A DNA stretch of 64,000 nucleotides from a virus. The notes beneath the pieces were generated by a model. The model worked only from the letters and a program-made list of their open reading frames with translations, did no database searches and was not told the DNA's origin. Numbering within the stretch: position 1 is the stretch's first letter; each line of letters opens with the position of its first letter. A program made the position numbers and the translations under genes. The stretch spans positions 4,760 through 68,759 of IMG/VR virus record IMGVR_UViG_3300032323_003610. One strand, 5' to 3'. Below, one piece after another: positions 21,001-29,983 of this stretch.

Positions 21001-23955
21001 TGTAATATTTCCTGCAGAACTTACAGTACCACCAGTAGCAATATTACCTGCTGTTATTGTAGCAGTAGCACTCACAGTGCCACCTGTGGCAATGTTGCCG
21101 CCTGTTACTGTGCCTGTTGTGCTGAGACTTGTACCAGTTGCAGCACCAATATTTGGTGTTGTAAGATTTGCGCCTGCTTTGACACTGATGTTTCCTAAGC
21201 CATCAAATGCTGTGGTGTTGTTGTCAACTTTGGCCGAGAATACTGTGCCGGTTAAACTTAAACCAGCCGATGTGTTGGCCGAGTATACTTGAGTAGAACT
21301 GAACTGGGCAAATTGTATATTGCTGGTGCCGAATACAATAGGAGTAGTTGGAGCATCAACAATAAATGCAGATCCAGCATTGACGTTACCGCTGGTTGTA
21401 AAGAAGTAATCGTTGAGACCCAAAGCAAATGCATTGCCGGTGCCAGCAGTATCTTCGTCGGCAGCTCGTGTAATTACCGTGGCATTGGACCAAACATAGA
21501 CACCGTTTTGTACAGCGTTGGCTTGATCTTTGACCAAGATACGTGTGCCCACGGTCTGAACGTTGCCTGTATCAATAAGATTAAACGAACCTGTAGTGGT
21601 CAATGTTGCGCCAATACCATTGGCCGCGCCGTTGGGTTGAGCATAGGTAACTGTACCACCTGTGGCTGTTTCCAAGGTGGTGTTTGTGGATACAAAGACT
21701 GCTTGGTGAAAAGAGATAGCAGTGCTGACCATGTTGTCAACATAGTATTTGCTGGCTGCGTCAGCGTCCTGTACTGGATTCAATTGCAAGCCATTGATAT
21801 ATGTGTTGGCCAATACAACATTGCCCGTTGTCTCAAGATTTAGGTTGCCTGCGCCGGCACGCAATGTTAGTGTTGTTGCGCCATAAACTTGTGGAGCATT
21901 GAGATTGCCGCCAGTGATGTTGCCTGTTCCACTGACAACTCCAGAACCAAATAACAAGTTACCACCAGTGATGTTGCCGCCGGCACTTATTGTGTTGCCT
22001 GTGGCAAAGTTGCCGCTGACAGTGTTGCCTGCTACACTCAAATTACTCAACACACCTACACTTGTCAAACTTGAACCAACTACGTTGTTTGCAAGGAATG
22101 TGCCTGTTAATGTTTCTGCATTGGCTGATGAAGCAACAACTCCTGTTAACTGTGATCCGTTACCAATGAAAAAACTTCCAGAGCCGGCTGTGATGTTTCC
22201 TACAGCACTTACAGTGCCGCCAGTGGCCACGTTGCCGCCTGTGATATTGCTTGTAGCACTAACAGTTCCACCTGTGGCAATATTGCCACCTGTGATAGTA
22301 CTAGTAGCACTTACTGTGCCACCTGTGGCTAAGTTACCTGCTGTGGCTGTGCCGGTAGCACTTACTGTGCCACTTGTGACAATATTACCTGCTGTGGCTG
22401 TACCTGTGGCACTGACAACGCCGCCGGTTAAAATATTGCCGCCAGTGACGTTGCCACCTACACTAGCTGTTCCACCTGTGTTTATGTTGCCTACTGTGGC
22501 AGTGCCAGTGGCACTAATCAGTCCATTTATTAGAACATTAGCACCTGTGATATTTCCAGTAGCACTAACTGTACCACCTGTAGCTATATTGCCACCTGTG
22601 ATAGTGGCAGTAGCACTGACTGTGCCACCTGTGGCCACGTTGCCTGCTGTAACCGTGCCAGTTGCACTGACTGTACCACCTGTTAAGATATTTGCGCCGG
22701 TGACATTGCCACCAGCACTTGCAGTTCCTGCGGTTGCTAAATTTCCAACTGTGGCTGTGCCTACTGCTGATAAAAATCCGTTGCTCTGAATGTTACCGCC
22801 GGTGATTGTTCCAGTTACGTTGGCAGTGCCGCTGGTAGTTAAACTACCACCGGTAATATCACCTGTGGCACTGATCAATCCACCTGTAAACACATTACCG
22901 CCTGTAATTTCTCCGGTGGCGCTTACATTACCGCCTGTGTTAACATTACCTGCTGTAACATTTCCAGTGGCACTAATCAATCCAGCCGTTTGTAAATTAC
23001 CCGATTGTGTTGTTCCACTAACACTGAGACTGGTTAGTGTACCAACTGTTGTGAGGCTGGAAAAAATTACATTTGGACTTAAAGTATTACCAATCAAGGC
23101 ATTGGCATTGACGCTACTAGCAGCAACACCTGTTAACTGGCTGCCGTTGCCCAAGAAAAAACTTCCCGAGCCGGCTGTAATGTTACCTGCAGCACTTACA
23201 GTACCACCTGTGGCAATATTACCACCAGTAATTGTGCTAGTAGCACTGACCGTGCCACCTGTTGCTACATTACCTGCTGTGGCTGTGCCAGTGGCACTTA
23301 CATTGCCGTCTGTAAGAATATTGCCGCCGGTGATTGTGCTGGTGGCACTTACAATGCCGCCTGTTAAAATATTAGCACCTGTGATATTAGCGCCGCTGAT
23401 GATGTTGCCTGTGGCACTGACCAATCCTGCTGTCAAAAGATTACCACCAGTGATGTTGGCGGTGGCATTAACTGCGCCAATCAGGTTGCCCACTAGACTG
23501 CTTGTTCCGCCGACTACAATATTGCCGGTAACGTTGGCACTGCCGGTGGCAAAGTTGGCATAACTGTCGATTGCCACAGTTGTGGTGGTAATGTTTGACG
23601 TGGTAAAAACCGTAACAAATGTGCCTGCGCTTTCGTCCCATACAAATGCAATATTGGTTTCGTCGCCGCGATCTCCAATAAATCCAATGTCCACTGCTGG
23701 TGCGCCGGTTGCAGTCGATGCCAGTAAAATAATTGGATCTTCAATTGTGACAATAGTGGTATCAATTGCAGTACTATTGCCCTGCACCGTAAGATTGCCA
23801 GCTACAGTTAGATCTGAACCGTAGGTTAAATTATTGGCAATTTTTCCTGCCGTAATCGAATAATTTTGTAATTTGGTGTTGGCATTAATGCCCAGCAACA
23901 CGTTGCCTGCTGATGCATCTGTTATCTGATTGTTATTAATTCTTGTTACGGCCAT
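18016..23955 (-). CDS. Giant repeat-rich tail fibre protein (1979 aa)
   Basis: Dozens of ~17-aa GGN(I/L/V)xTGGTVSATxT(A/V/I)T repeats, internal fibre domains and a C-terminal YADLAE domain. Confidence 0.85.
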   Translation of the reverse strand: MAVTRINNNQITDASAGNVLLGINANTKLQNYSITAGKIANNLTYGSDLTVAGNLTVQGNSTAIDTTIVTIEDPIILLASTATGAPAVDIGFIGDRGDETNIAFVWDESAGTFVTVFTTSNITTTTVAIDSYANFATGSANVTGNIVVGGTSSLVGNLIGAVNATANITGGNLLTAGLVSATGNIISGANITGANILTGGIVSATSTITGGNILTDGNVSATGTATAGNVATGGTVSATSTITGGNIATGGTVSAAGNITAGSGSFFLGNGSQLTGVAASSVNANALIGNTLSPNVIFSSLTTVGTLTSLSVSGTTQSGNLQTAGLISATGNVTAGNVNTGGNVSATGEITGGNVFTGGLISATGDITGGSLTTSGTANVTGTITGGNIQSNGFLSAVGTATVGNLATAGTASAGGNVTGANILTGGTVSATGTVTAGNVATGGTVSATATITGGNIATGGTVSATGNITGANVLINGLISATGTATVGNINTGGTASVGGNVTGGNILTGGVVSATGTATAGNIVTSGTVSATGTATAGNLATGGTVSATSTITGGNIATGGTVSATSNITGGNVATGGTVSAVGNITAGSGSFFIGNGSQLTGVVASSANAETLTGTFLANNVVGSSLTSVGVLSNLSVAGNTVSGNFATGNTISAGGNITGGNLLFGSGVVSGTGNITGGNLNAPQVYGATTLTLRAGAGNLNLETTGNVVLANTYINGLQLNPVQDADAASKYYVDNMVSTAISFHQAVFVSTNTTLETATGGTVTYAQPNGAANGIGATLTTTGSFNLIDTGNVQTVGTRILVKDQANAVQNGVYVWSNATVITRAADEDTAGTGNAFALGLNDYFFTTSGNVNAGSAFIVDAPTTPIVFGTSNIQFAQFSSTQVYSANTSAGLSLTGTVFSAKVDNNTTAFDGLGNISVKAGANLTTPNIGAATGTSLSTTGTVTGGNIATGGTVSATATITAGNIATGGTVSSAGNITAGAGSFFLGDGSQLTGVAASSVNAGNLIGNTLSPNVTFSSLTSVGNLTTLSVVGTTQTGNLQTAGLVSATGTVTAGNIATGGTVSAGGDVTGANILTGGTVSATGTATAGNVATGGTVSATATITGGNLATGGTVSATATITGGNLATGGTVSAAGNITGANVLTGGIISATGTATAGNLATGGTVSATGNISSGGTVSATGTVTGGNVFTGGLISATGTATVGNLATGGTVSATGEITGANIITGGLITSTGNITGGNILTGGLVSSTGTVTGGNLQTGGTASVTGTATVGNLATGGTVSATATITGGNIATGGTVSAGGNVTGANILTAGNVSATGNVIAANFIGNISGNISAPGANTQVEFNDNGTTNATSGFTFDKTSNLVTVGGNVNASNFNGNVFGTSVSASGTVTAASTVGGVITGSSASVTGTVTGGNVQTGGTVSATGNIIAGNISTAGQLQGGNIVISGDDITDTNGRVNFNTAGGDVDFAVNGDTVANVFYVDAGTGTASFGSATQTINAIVAFNSTNSILTPVGNTAQRPAVGVTGMVRFNTTNNNLELYDNSQWTAVGVPEFTVITNEQFFGDGSQVAFTLNSTQTTNSCIVSINGVVQIPITAYSVSGTDPTCVLTFTEAPAQGDAIEVRQITTTTSVTSISNSSGNAVVGVSDTAAQVNVTGDLSVTGSILGGNINSTAITSGTSNMSIVSSGGNIRGNVAGTTVMTISPGLVDIVGNLSVSGNATLSGNILGDRIQNGTTSIDIQTPSGNANISIGGTSNVAVFATTGAFITGLASVTGNITGGNLLLSGAIEDSGQLDIRTTASNGNIVLTPNGTGAIVVNKDIVNGQANGVGNIGSSSTRFNQVFALASSAQYADLAEKYTADAAYAPGTVVVFGGTAEVTVDAVDSDRRVAGIVSTNPAYIMNDGLAATFVATVALTGRVPCQVVGTVRKGDMMVAAGLGRARAEADPRVGTVIGKALEDFDGTEGTIEVVVGRF
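20564..20665. repeat. Exact 51-nt tandem duplication within the fibre repeat array
   Basis: aagttgccacctgtaattgtggctgttgcactaacagttccgccagtagct twice (20564-20614, 20615-20665). Confidence 0.9.
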
Positions 23956-24125
23956 GGCTCTCTCCAGTTTATGGTCTTAACAGCCGCGAATTTTTCAAGG
24001 CTATGACATATTTACCAAGGTCGTGACAAATGACATTTGTGCGCGGTTTATTTGCACTATATTTGCTCAAGAGCTAATTGTGTGTAAAAATGCGTGTTTT
24101 TGATACCGCTAGACCAGGATTTGTA

Positions 24126-25130
24126 TTACAAATATCTGATGTCGATCACGTCACTCACTGCTGGAGCTTCAGTAAAAATCAAGTTTACACTGGGGCTTGG
24201 ACTGATGTTGTAAGCAGTTCCAGGCAACTGAGTCACTCCGTTCAGCATGATCAAGGCCGCAGCGCTGGTGGTTGATCGATTCAAGGTAAATGCCACAGTG
24301 GTTCCGTCACCGTTGAATGTTTGATTGGTCACGCCGCTTACAATTTGATCCCACTCGGTACCATCGTACACTTCAACTCGTAAGTTGTCAGAGTTGAATC
24401 TCATGGTGCCTTCGCTGGCAGGACTAGGGCGTTGAGCAGTGTTACCCACAGGTAAAATTAAACCGGTTGTGGTGTCAATTGAAACGATTCCATTACCAGT
24501 GGGCTGAATAAAGATATTGGCAATGGTACCATCTGTGGTTATAGTTGTATTGGAAATTTGCAAATTGCCAATACTGACATTACCGGGCTGATTTGTAACA
24601 CCAATTGCACCTACGTATTCGTAACCTGAAATATAAACCACGTTTCCTGCGGTCAATACTGTTGGAATTGTTTCTCCAATAAAGTTCAGCACTCCTGCTT
24701 GTGTGTCAAAGTAATATTCGCCAACTCCGCCAATGCCCGCGGCAAATATTTGAGTGCCAGTGGCTTGAATGTTGGCTGCTGCTGCAGGTCCTACATATAC
24801 TTTAGGCAACCAGGTAGCACCCATTTCCTGCGGAATCCAATAAGATACACCTGACAGCCAGGTTGGATATATGTTGCCAATGGGCGGAACTGTGGTATCT
24901 GCCACACACTGCACTGAATTGCTGTTTATTCGAGCGTTTGAAATTCCCGAGACAGCTTGAGCCGTGGCGGGTATCTGATTGCTTTCCATCCAGATAATGT
25001 CACCGCGCAAGAAAGCAGGGCTAGCGATACTTTCGTTGCTGGCGCTTTTGACTGTGCTGTTGGCTGTTTTTGCAACACCCTGCAGTTTTTTAAACAGTAG
25101 GTCAACGTATTGTGCTATTGAGACGGCCAT
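24126..25130 (-). CDS. Fibre/baseplate-associated structural protein
   Basis: Start MAVSIAQ at the TAATG overlap (25130). C-terminal LPVGNTAQRP...MRFN and GDGTTVAFTL...FTEAP modules. Confidence 0.75.
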   Translation of the reverse strand: MAVSIAQYVDLLFKKLQGVAKTANSTVKSASNESIASPAFLRGDIIWMESNQIPATAQAVSGISNARINSNSVQCVADTTVPPIGNIYPTWLSGVSYWIPQEMGATWLPKVYVGPAAAANIQATGTQIFAAGIGGVGEYYFDTQAGVLNFIGETIPTVLTAGNVVYISGYEYVGAIGVTNQPGNVSIGNLQISNTTITTDGTIANIFIQPTGNGIVSIDTTTGLILPVGNTAQRPSPASEGTMRFNSDNLRVEVYDGTEWDQIVSGVTNQTFNGDGTTVAFTLNRSTTSAAALIMLNGVTQLPGTAYNISPSPSVNLIFTEAPAVSDVIDIRYL

Positions 25131-27076
25131 TAGTTGCTCGCTGCCTTGAGTGAAAGGCCAGTAACTGACTGACCTGAGGTTAATGCTATACGAATATAAA
25201 TTTCGTTGGTGGCTGTGCTGGAACTTGATACTGTGCCAAAGGTACAGGTTTTGCTGGTGCTGGCCACTGTGGTGTTCAATTGCACAACTCCGCCCAACGA
25301 GCATCCATCACTGCCATTACCTGGACTGTTGACTCCGGGATATCCACTTCCGGCATAGGCCTGAGACATGTCAATCCATCCATTTGCACCAGAACTAGAA
25401 TCAATTACACTGCCAGGCAGTGCTACCCACATACCAGCTATGTTACCGGCATAGGTAATGTCAAATTTACTCACTGCGGTACGCACAAATTCAAATGTAA
25501 AATATTGTGTTCCACTTCTGCCTGCACTTAGGTTGGGTCCAGCTGGCAGATAGCCAGTTGAATAATTTGTTTGATCGTGTCTGAGTACGCCTTGTACGCC
25601 ACTGCCGACTACTGTGGCGTCATAAGTTTGTAGTGTGCTGGACTGACTGTTAAACGCAGTTGCGTTGGCAGTATAGGGCGGAGTATTTCCTGTGCCAGGA
25701 TTTATGATACGAACTGCATTTCCACTTCCGGTGCCCACCGCAGTTACCACAATGTTACCTTCGTCGATGGCAGTTGCTGTACCTGATTTGTACAATACTA
25801 TATTACCAAGGGCTGTGGTCAATGTCAACGTGCCTGTGGCATAACTGTTGTTCACAGACAAACTTGGGCCTGTGGCACTGCCTCCAAATCCGGTTGTAAC
25901 TGCGGCTGTGGTAGTAAAGCTGGCTGATTGAAAAGCGTTTAGTGTGTTGCTGCCAATGTTGCTGGCATTGTAATTTACACTAGCAGGAGCGGCAAAGCTT
26001 CCGCCGGCCGAGCCTGTGGACAACACATTGGATGTTGGGTAAGTATTGCCCGACACATTGGCCACTGTGGTGCCAATGGCGAATTGGTTGACGTTGGTGT
26101 AAAATGGTATGGTACTGCTGTACAGTAACGTAGGCGACCCAGGTGGGGTCATTGTGGTACTGGTGAAACTGGGTGTGCTGGGACTGCTGTTGTCGTAGTA
26201 CCAGACAGGTGTGTTGGTATTGGCTGTGGCCGAATCTGCAATATAAATTTCGTTCCATCCGGCAGGTGCAGACGTGCCAGAGATAGCGGCACTAAACACA
26301 TACCAAAATCCAGCGGCAATGTTGGCATTGGCCGAATTATAATCAAAGTTGTTGGTGATAACCAAATTGCCACCATATGTGCCGTTGGCACTAGGACTAG
26401 CATTGGTGTTTAATGTAACGTTGCCAACGTTGGCTCCATTGCGCACAGCGGTAATAGTCCCAGAGTCGCCTGGACCCACTGTGCTGATAGTGTTGGTAGC
26501 ATAGGTAGCGGCTCGACGAACTGAGGTTACGGTTGTGCCAGCTGCCACTGATTTATTTGCGCCAGGTGTATTGTCTGTTTGAACAATATTGGCCATTCTA
26601 TATGTAGAGAGGCTTGAAATAGCAAGTGTCTGGCCACCTGGAAAATTACTCGGGCTTGGCGGTACCAGTTTTCCTAATACTGTATTAATTTGGACCATGC
26701 CATCTGTGACAAACGTGTTGGCTGTGAGCGTGACTGCGTTGCTGATTAGATTGCCGGCGCTGGGCGTGCCCAATATAATAGCATTACCTATCACACCGCC
26801 GCCAACGTTGCCCACTGCTTGGTCTACATAAAATTTAGTTGTGGCATCTGTGTTAGCCACAGGTTCTGCTAGGTTGTTGATGTTGATATTACCAGCACTG
26901 ATATTACCAATGTTAGAAATAGTAACATTTCCAACTGTAATCACGCCGGCTACTTCGAGGGTGGATGTTGGGCTAACAGTATTAATGCCCACATTGGCAT
27001 TGCTAATAGACAGATCAATGCCGTCTCTTTCAAGATTGCTTGATAAAATCTGTCCTTTTACATAATTGACTGCCAT
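25130..27076 (-). CDS. Structural protein (Ser/Thr/Gly/Asn-rich, 648 aa)
   Basis: Beta-rich composition, NLAEPV...DATTKFYVD fibre motif, late promoter at 27096-27101. Confidence 0.75.
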   Translation of the reverse strand: MAVNYVKGQILSSNLERDGIDLSISNANVGINTVSPTSTLEVAGVITVGNVTISNIGNISAGNININNLAEPVANTDATTKFYVDQAVGNVGGGVIGNAIILGTPSAGNLISNAVTLTANTFVTDGMVQINTVLGKLVPPSPSNFPGGQTLAISSLSTYRMANIVQTDNTPGANKSVAAGTTVTSVRRAATYATNTISTVGPGDSGTITAVRNGANVGNVTLNTNASPSANGTYGGNLVITNNFDYNSANANIAAGFWYVFSAAISGTSAPAGWNEIYIADSATANTNTPVWYYDNSSPSTPSFTSTTMTPPGSPTLLYSSTIPFYTNVNQFAIGTTVANVSGNTYPTSNVLSTGSAGGSFAAPASVNYNASNIGSNTLNAFQSASFTTTAAVTTGFGGSATGPSLSVNNSYATGTLTLTTALGNIVLYKSGTATAIDEGNIVVTAVGTGSGNAVRIINPGTGNTPPYTANATAFNSQSSTLQTYDATVVGSGVQGVLRHDQTNYSTGYLPAGPNLSAGRSGTQYFTFEFVRTAVSKFDITYAGNIAGMWVALPGSVIDSSSGANGWIDMSQAYAGSGYPGVNSPGNGSDGCSLGGVVQLNTTVASTSKTCTFGTVSSSSTATNEIYIRIALTSGQSVTGLSLKAASN

Positions 27077-27106
27077 GGATTATCCCTGTATAGGGTATTT
27101 AGCTGA

Positions 27107-27505
27107 TTAGTTAGTGGTATGAATCACATTGATCGGTACAGTGTTGGGTGGAGCCGATGTAAATGTAATGTTAAGACCGCCGTCAACTGTGTAGGCTGTG
27201 GCTGGATCCTGATAGATTGAGCCCACAAACACAATGATCTGAGTGGTTGTGTCTTGGGCGATACTCATGGTAAACACCGTGGTACTGCCATCGCCCACAA
27301 AGTCATCCACAGTATAGGTTATACTGCCACCAGTGCTGAGCGAATTCCACATTGATCCATTGTAAAATTCTACTAGGCCAGTGTCGGTGTTGTAACGAAT
27401 CATGCCAAAAGCAGCGTTGTCTGGGCGGGTGGCCGAACTGCCAGTGGGCAATACCACTCCACTGCTGCCACTTTGCAGGCGGCGATTTTTTACAAAATAT
27501 CCCAT
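27107..27505 (-). CDS. Small fibre-module structural protein
   Basis: Start MGYFVK at the TAATG overlap. LPTGSSATRP..GMIRYNTD and GDGSTTVF..FTSAP modules. Confidence 0.75.
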   Translation of the reverse strand: MGYFVKNRRLQSGSSGVVLPTGSSATRPDNAAFGMIRYNTDTGLVEFYNGSMWNSLSTGGSITYTVDDFVGDGSTTVFTMSIAQDTTTQIIVFVGSIYQDPATAYTVDGGLNITFTSAPPNTVPINVIHTTN

Positions 27506-27822
27506 TAAATTGTGGTATACGAAGTGACCGCGGTCACTGTGTTGGCTGTGGTTATTACCTGTACAAAGTCTCCGGCGCCCAACAATAATTTTTCTCCAGC
27601 GGCATAAAGTTGGTAGGTGTCTCCACTGGCCAATGGCAATGCATATAAAATTTGATTGCTGGTTGTTGCAGTTCCACTGCTGGGCACTACAAATACGTTG
27701 GCAGTTACGTTGGCAGGACCCCAATTGTTCAAGCTGAGCCAGGTAATAGCAGTGTTACCGCCGCTGGTATAAACTGTATTACCAACTACAGTGTTGCTGA
27801 TCACTTGTGTTGTTATTGTCAT
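27505..27822 (-). CDS. Small structural protein
   Basis: 105-aa beta-rich ORF with AAGGA SD. Confidence 0.7.
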   Translation of the reverse strand: MTITTQVISNTVVGNTVYTSGGNTAITWLSLNNWGPANVTANVFVVPSSGTATTSNQILYALPLASGDTYQLYAAGEKLLLGAGDFVQVITTANTVTAVTSYTTI

Positions 27823-27831
27823 TTTTATTCC

Positions 27832-28437
27832 TTAAAATATAATTCCGTAAACAATGGCTTTGCCTTTACTTACTAATTCGTCGTTGGCACTTGCTGAGGT
27901 AAAGTACAATCCAGTTCCGCCACCGCCTATCACGTTGCTGTATACAGCTACAGCATTGGCCACGTTAGCTGGTGTAGCGGTGTTAGCAAAAACTTGGTGT
28001 CCACTCAAAAACAGTCTGTTGCTGACTTTGTTAAAAGACAAGTTGGCCGTGGCTCCAAACGAACCAGAATCGTTGAACTGTATCTGTGTGTTAGCACCTC
28101 CAACCGCCACTGCGGTAACTGTAGTTAATATGTTGGCATAACTTGTAATGGGCACACCCAAACTCGATACACTGTTGCTGATCTGCCAGGCATTGGCCAC
28201 TGTGTTGAATCGTAGACCAGCAAATGTGGTTGGGCCAGTCTGGCCCAACAGACCCATGTCTGTTACGGTGCCAGTGTTGTTGGCCGCAACTACAATAAAG
28301 TCGTCAACTGTGGTCAAGTTACCAGTTTTTGTAACATTACCGTTAAAAATTGTTTCGGCATAGTTGATCGTAAGAGTAGCAAACCCATTATCGCCCGTCA
28401 GAGTCAAATCACCACTGGTATTCTTGTATGTAGACAT
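27832..28437 (-). CDS. Structural protein
   Basis: 201 aa. The GANTQIQFND.G.FG...SF.K motif is also present in the giant fibre. Confidence 0.7.
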   Translation of the reverse strand: MSTYKNTSGDLTLTGDNGFATLTINYAETIFNGNVTKTGNLTTVDDFIVVAANNTGTVTDMGLLGQTGPTTFAGLRFNTVANAWQISNSVSSLGVPITSYANILTTVTAVAVGGANTQIQFNDSGSFGATANLSFNKVSNRLFLSGHQVFANTATPANVANAVAVYSNVIGGGGTGLYFTSASANDELVSKGKAIVYGIIF

Positions 28438-29025
28438 CTATAGATCCTTTTTGTTATTTATGCGGTCTGTAAAGGTTGCCAAGTCAACATGATCCAGATT
28501 AGGTATTGTGCCCAATTGTGGGATTTGTGCTGTGGTTGGGCCTTGTACTCGCACAAATTTTACAGATTTGTGTTCGGTCATGATATGTGACAGTTGTTTG
28601 ATCCAGTTTCCTGTATAGGTCGGCGGAGCATTGCTATCACGGTAAAATTCTGTGCCGGCGTAAAGGTTGTTGATGGTGTTGGCTGTGCTGGGGCCCATGT
28701 CAAATCCCAGCAGATAAATGCAGGTATTACCATCTAGAGCTGCAAGTCCAGCCGCGATAGGACCCGAACTGAAACCAAAATATGGTTTGGGCACTACATG
28801 GGCTCCCAAATTGGGCAATGGTCGTCTGGTGTAAAATCTGTGCTGGGTACTGTAGCCCGATTCTTGTATGGCCGTGGATATGGGGCGATCTGTGGCAATC
28901 AACACATCAGGCACAAATTCTCTGTAGATGGCATTACAGCCGTAGACAGGACCGCGTTCTTGCAATGCTAACAATGAAATACCCTGTCTGCTGATGCCGT
29001 TGCCCAGCACAAATGCTTGAGTCAT
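28438..29025 (-). CDS. Maf/DUF115-like (sialyltransferase-fold) glycosyltransferase-related protein
   Basis: AFVLGNGISR...YGCNAIYR..PDVLIATD...SSGPIAA.LAALDG...IYLLGFD. Confidence 0.6.
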   Translation of the reverse strand: MTQAFVLGNGISRQGISLLALQERGPVYGCNAIYREFVPDVLIATDRPISTAIQESGYSTQHRFYTRRPLPNLGAHVVPKPYFGFSSGPIAAGLAALDGNTCIYLLGFDMGPSTANTINNLYAGTEFYRDSNAPPTYTGNWIKQLSHIMTEHKSVKFVRVQGPTTAQIPQLGTIPNLDHVDLATFTDRINNKKDL

Positions 29026-29059
29026 AAAAAAATCCCCACAGTACTTATTTGTGGGGATT
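29026..29059 (-). terminator. Rho-independent terminator with a late-promoter-like TAAGTA in its loop
   Basis: AATCCCCACA-aataagtac-TGTGGGGATT, then a U-tract abutting ATG 29025. Confidence 0.7.
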
Positions 29060-29074
29060 GTTCGCAGTGCAAAA

Positions 29075-29845
29075 TTACGAAGTGTAGTTTTCCACAATGG
29101 CCAGATCTAAATTGCCAGTGCTGAGCTGGCTAGTGCCGGCCCAGGTTGCAGTATCTGCGCCAGATTTGGCTGTTACACCTTCATCGCTGAAGAAGTTGGC
29201 TGCAAAGGTCACGTTGTTGACCACTTGAGTATAGTTCCAAACATCGCCTGTGTCGGCATTGCCACCTGCTTCACCGCCGTTAAAGTTCTGCAAGAACTTG
29301 TTGGTCAGCTTGCTGATTGCTGTTTCAGAACTGTCGTTGCTGAAGTAGCTGATACTCATGTTGCCGGCTGTGGGGCTTAGGTCGTTGGCCAATACACAGA
29401 TACCAACTGCGTTAACTGCACCTGTGCCGGTATCAGCTAAAGCACTAGTGGCTGTGAAAATTGTACCAATTTGTGCATTAGGAGCACCATATGCGGCCCA
29501 GTCAGTGTTGCCAACCACAGTGATGCGATATGCTTGGCCCGATACCAGTGCGGTTCTGCTTGTGGCATCTGCTACCAAAAACTTGTGTGCGCCTTTTTGA
29601 CGAATAATGAATCCGTCGGCTTCGGCAAAGCCTGTTATAAACACACGCACTTTCACAATAGGATATGTGGCTGTGGCCAAGGTAGGTGGCTGTGTGCCGC
29701 CCACTACGCCAAGATATTCTGTGTCTGTGTTCCAGATAGGACTTGGTGTTACAGGATTGGTCAAGGTTAAGAGACCGTTGAATCCAATATCTACTCCAGG
29801 ATTACCTGTTTCGATGATTTTTTTAATTTTGAGAGGACGTCCCAT
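29075..29845 (-). CDS. Virion structural protein (MGRPLK...), function unknown
   Basis: 256 aa with a strong AAGGAG SD, its own late promoter and a terminator, which suggests high expression. Confidence 0.7.
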   Translation of the reverse strand: MGRPLKIKKIIETGNPGVDIGFNGLLTLTNPVTPSPIWNTDTEYLGVVGGTQPPTLATATYPIVKVRVFITGFAEADGFIIRQKGAHKFLVADATSRTALVSGQAYRITVVGNTDWAAYGAPNAQIGTIFTATSALADTGTGAVNAVGICVLANDLSPTAGNMSISYFSNDSSETAISKLTNKFLQNFNGGEAGGNADTGDVWNYTQVVNNVTFAANFFSDEGVTAKSGADTATWAGTSQLSTGNLDLAIVENYTS

Positions 29846-29941
29846 TTTGTTTTCTCCTTAAAGAAGCCCAATGTGGGTTCTAGCCACTACGCGGCTGGGT
29901 AAGAGCCGCATAAAACGCCTTATTGCGTTGACAAGTATTTA
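29846..29941 (-). promoter_or_regulatory. Late promoter plus structured 5' leader
   Basis: TAAATA at 29941-29936, followed by three hairpins before the SD. Confidence 0.6.
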
Positions 29942-29983
29942 TGGCTAAACAAATATTTTTGGTCAAGTGGCGGGTAATTAAAT

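Noticed and set aside
19505-23563. Long plus-strand ORFs (595, 296 and 257 aa) of PPV/ALT repeats
   Set aside because: Antisense shadows of the repetitive fibre gene. Its codon pattern avoids stops on the opposite strand.
18016-23955. 51-nt periodic repeats as a CRISPR or TIGR-like array
   Set aside because: In-frame coding repeats with synonymous divergence, no constant repeat/unique spacer pattern and no cas or Nop-domain gene.
23956-24125. 170-nt intergenic gap as an ncRNA
   Set aside because: Only a late promoter (24009-14), a leader and one short palindrome (ACAAATG-A-CATTTGT). Too little structure to support a call.
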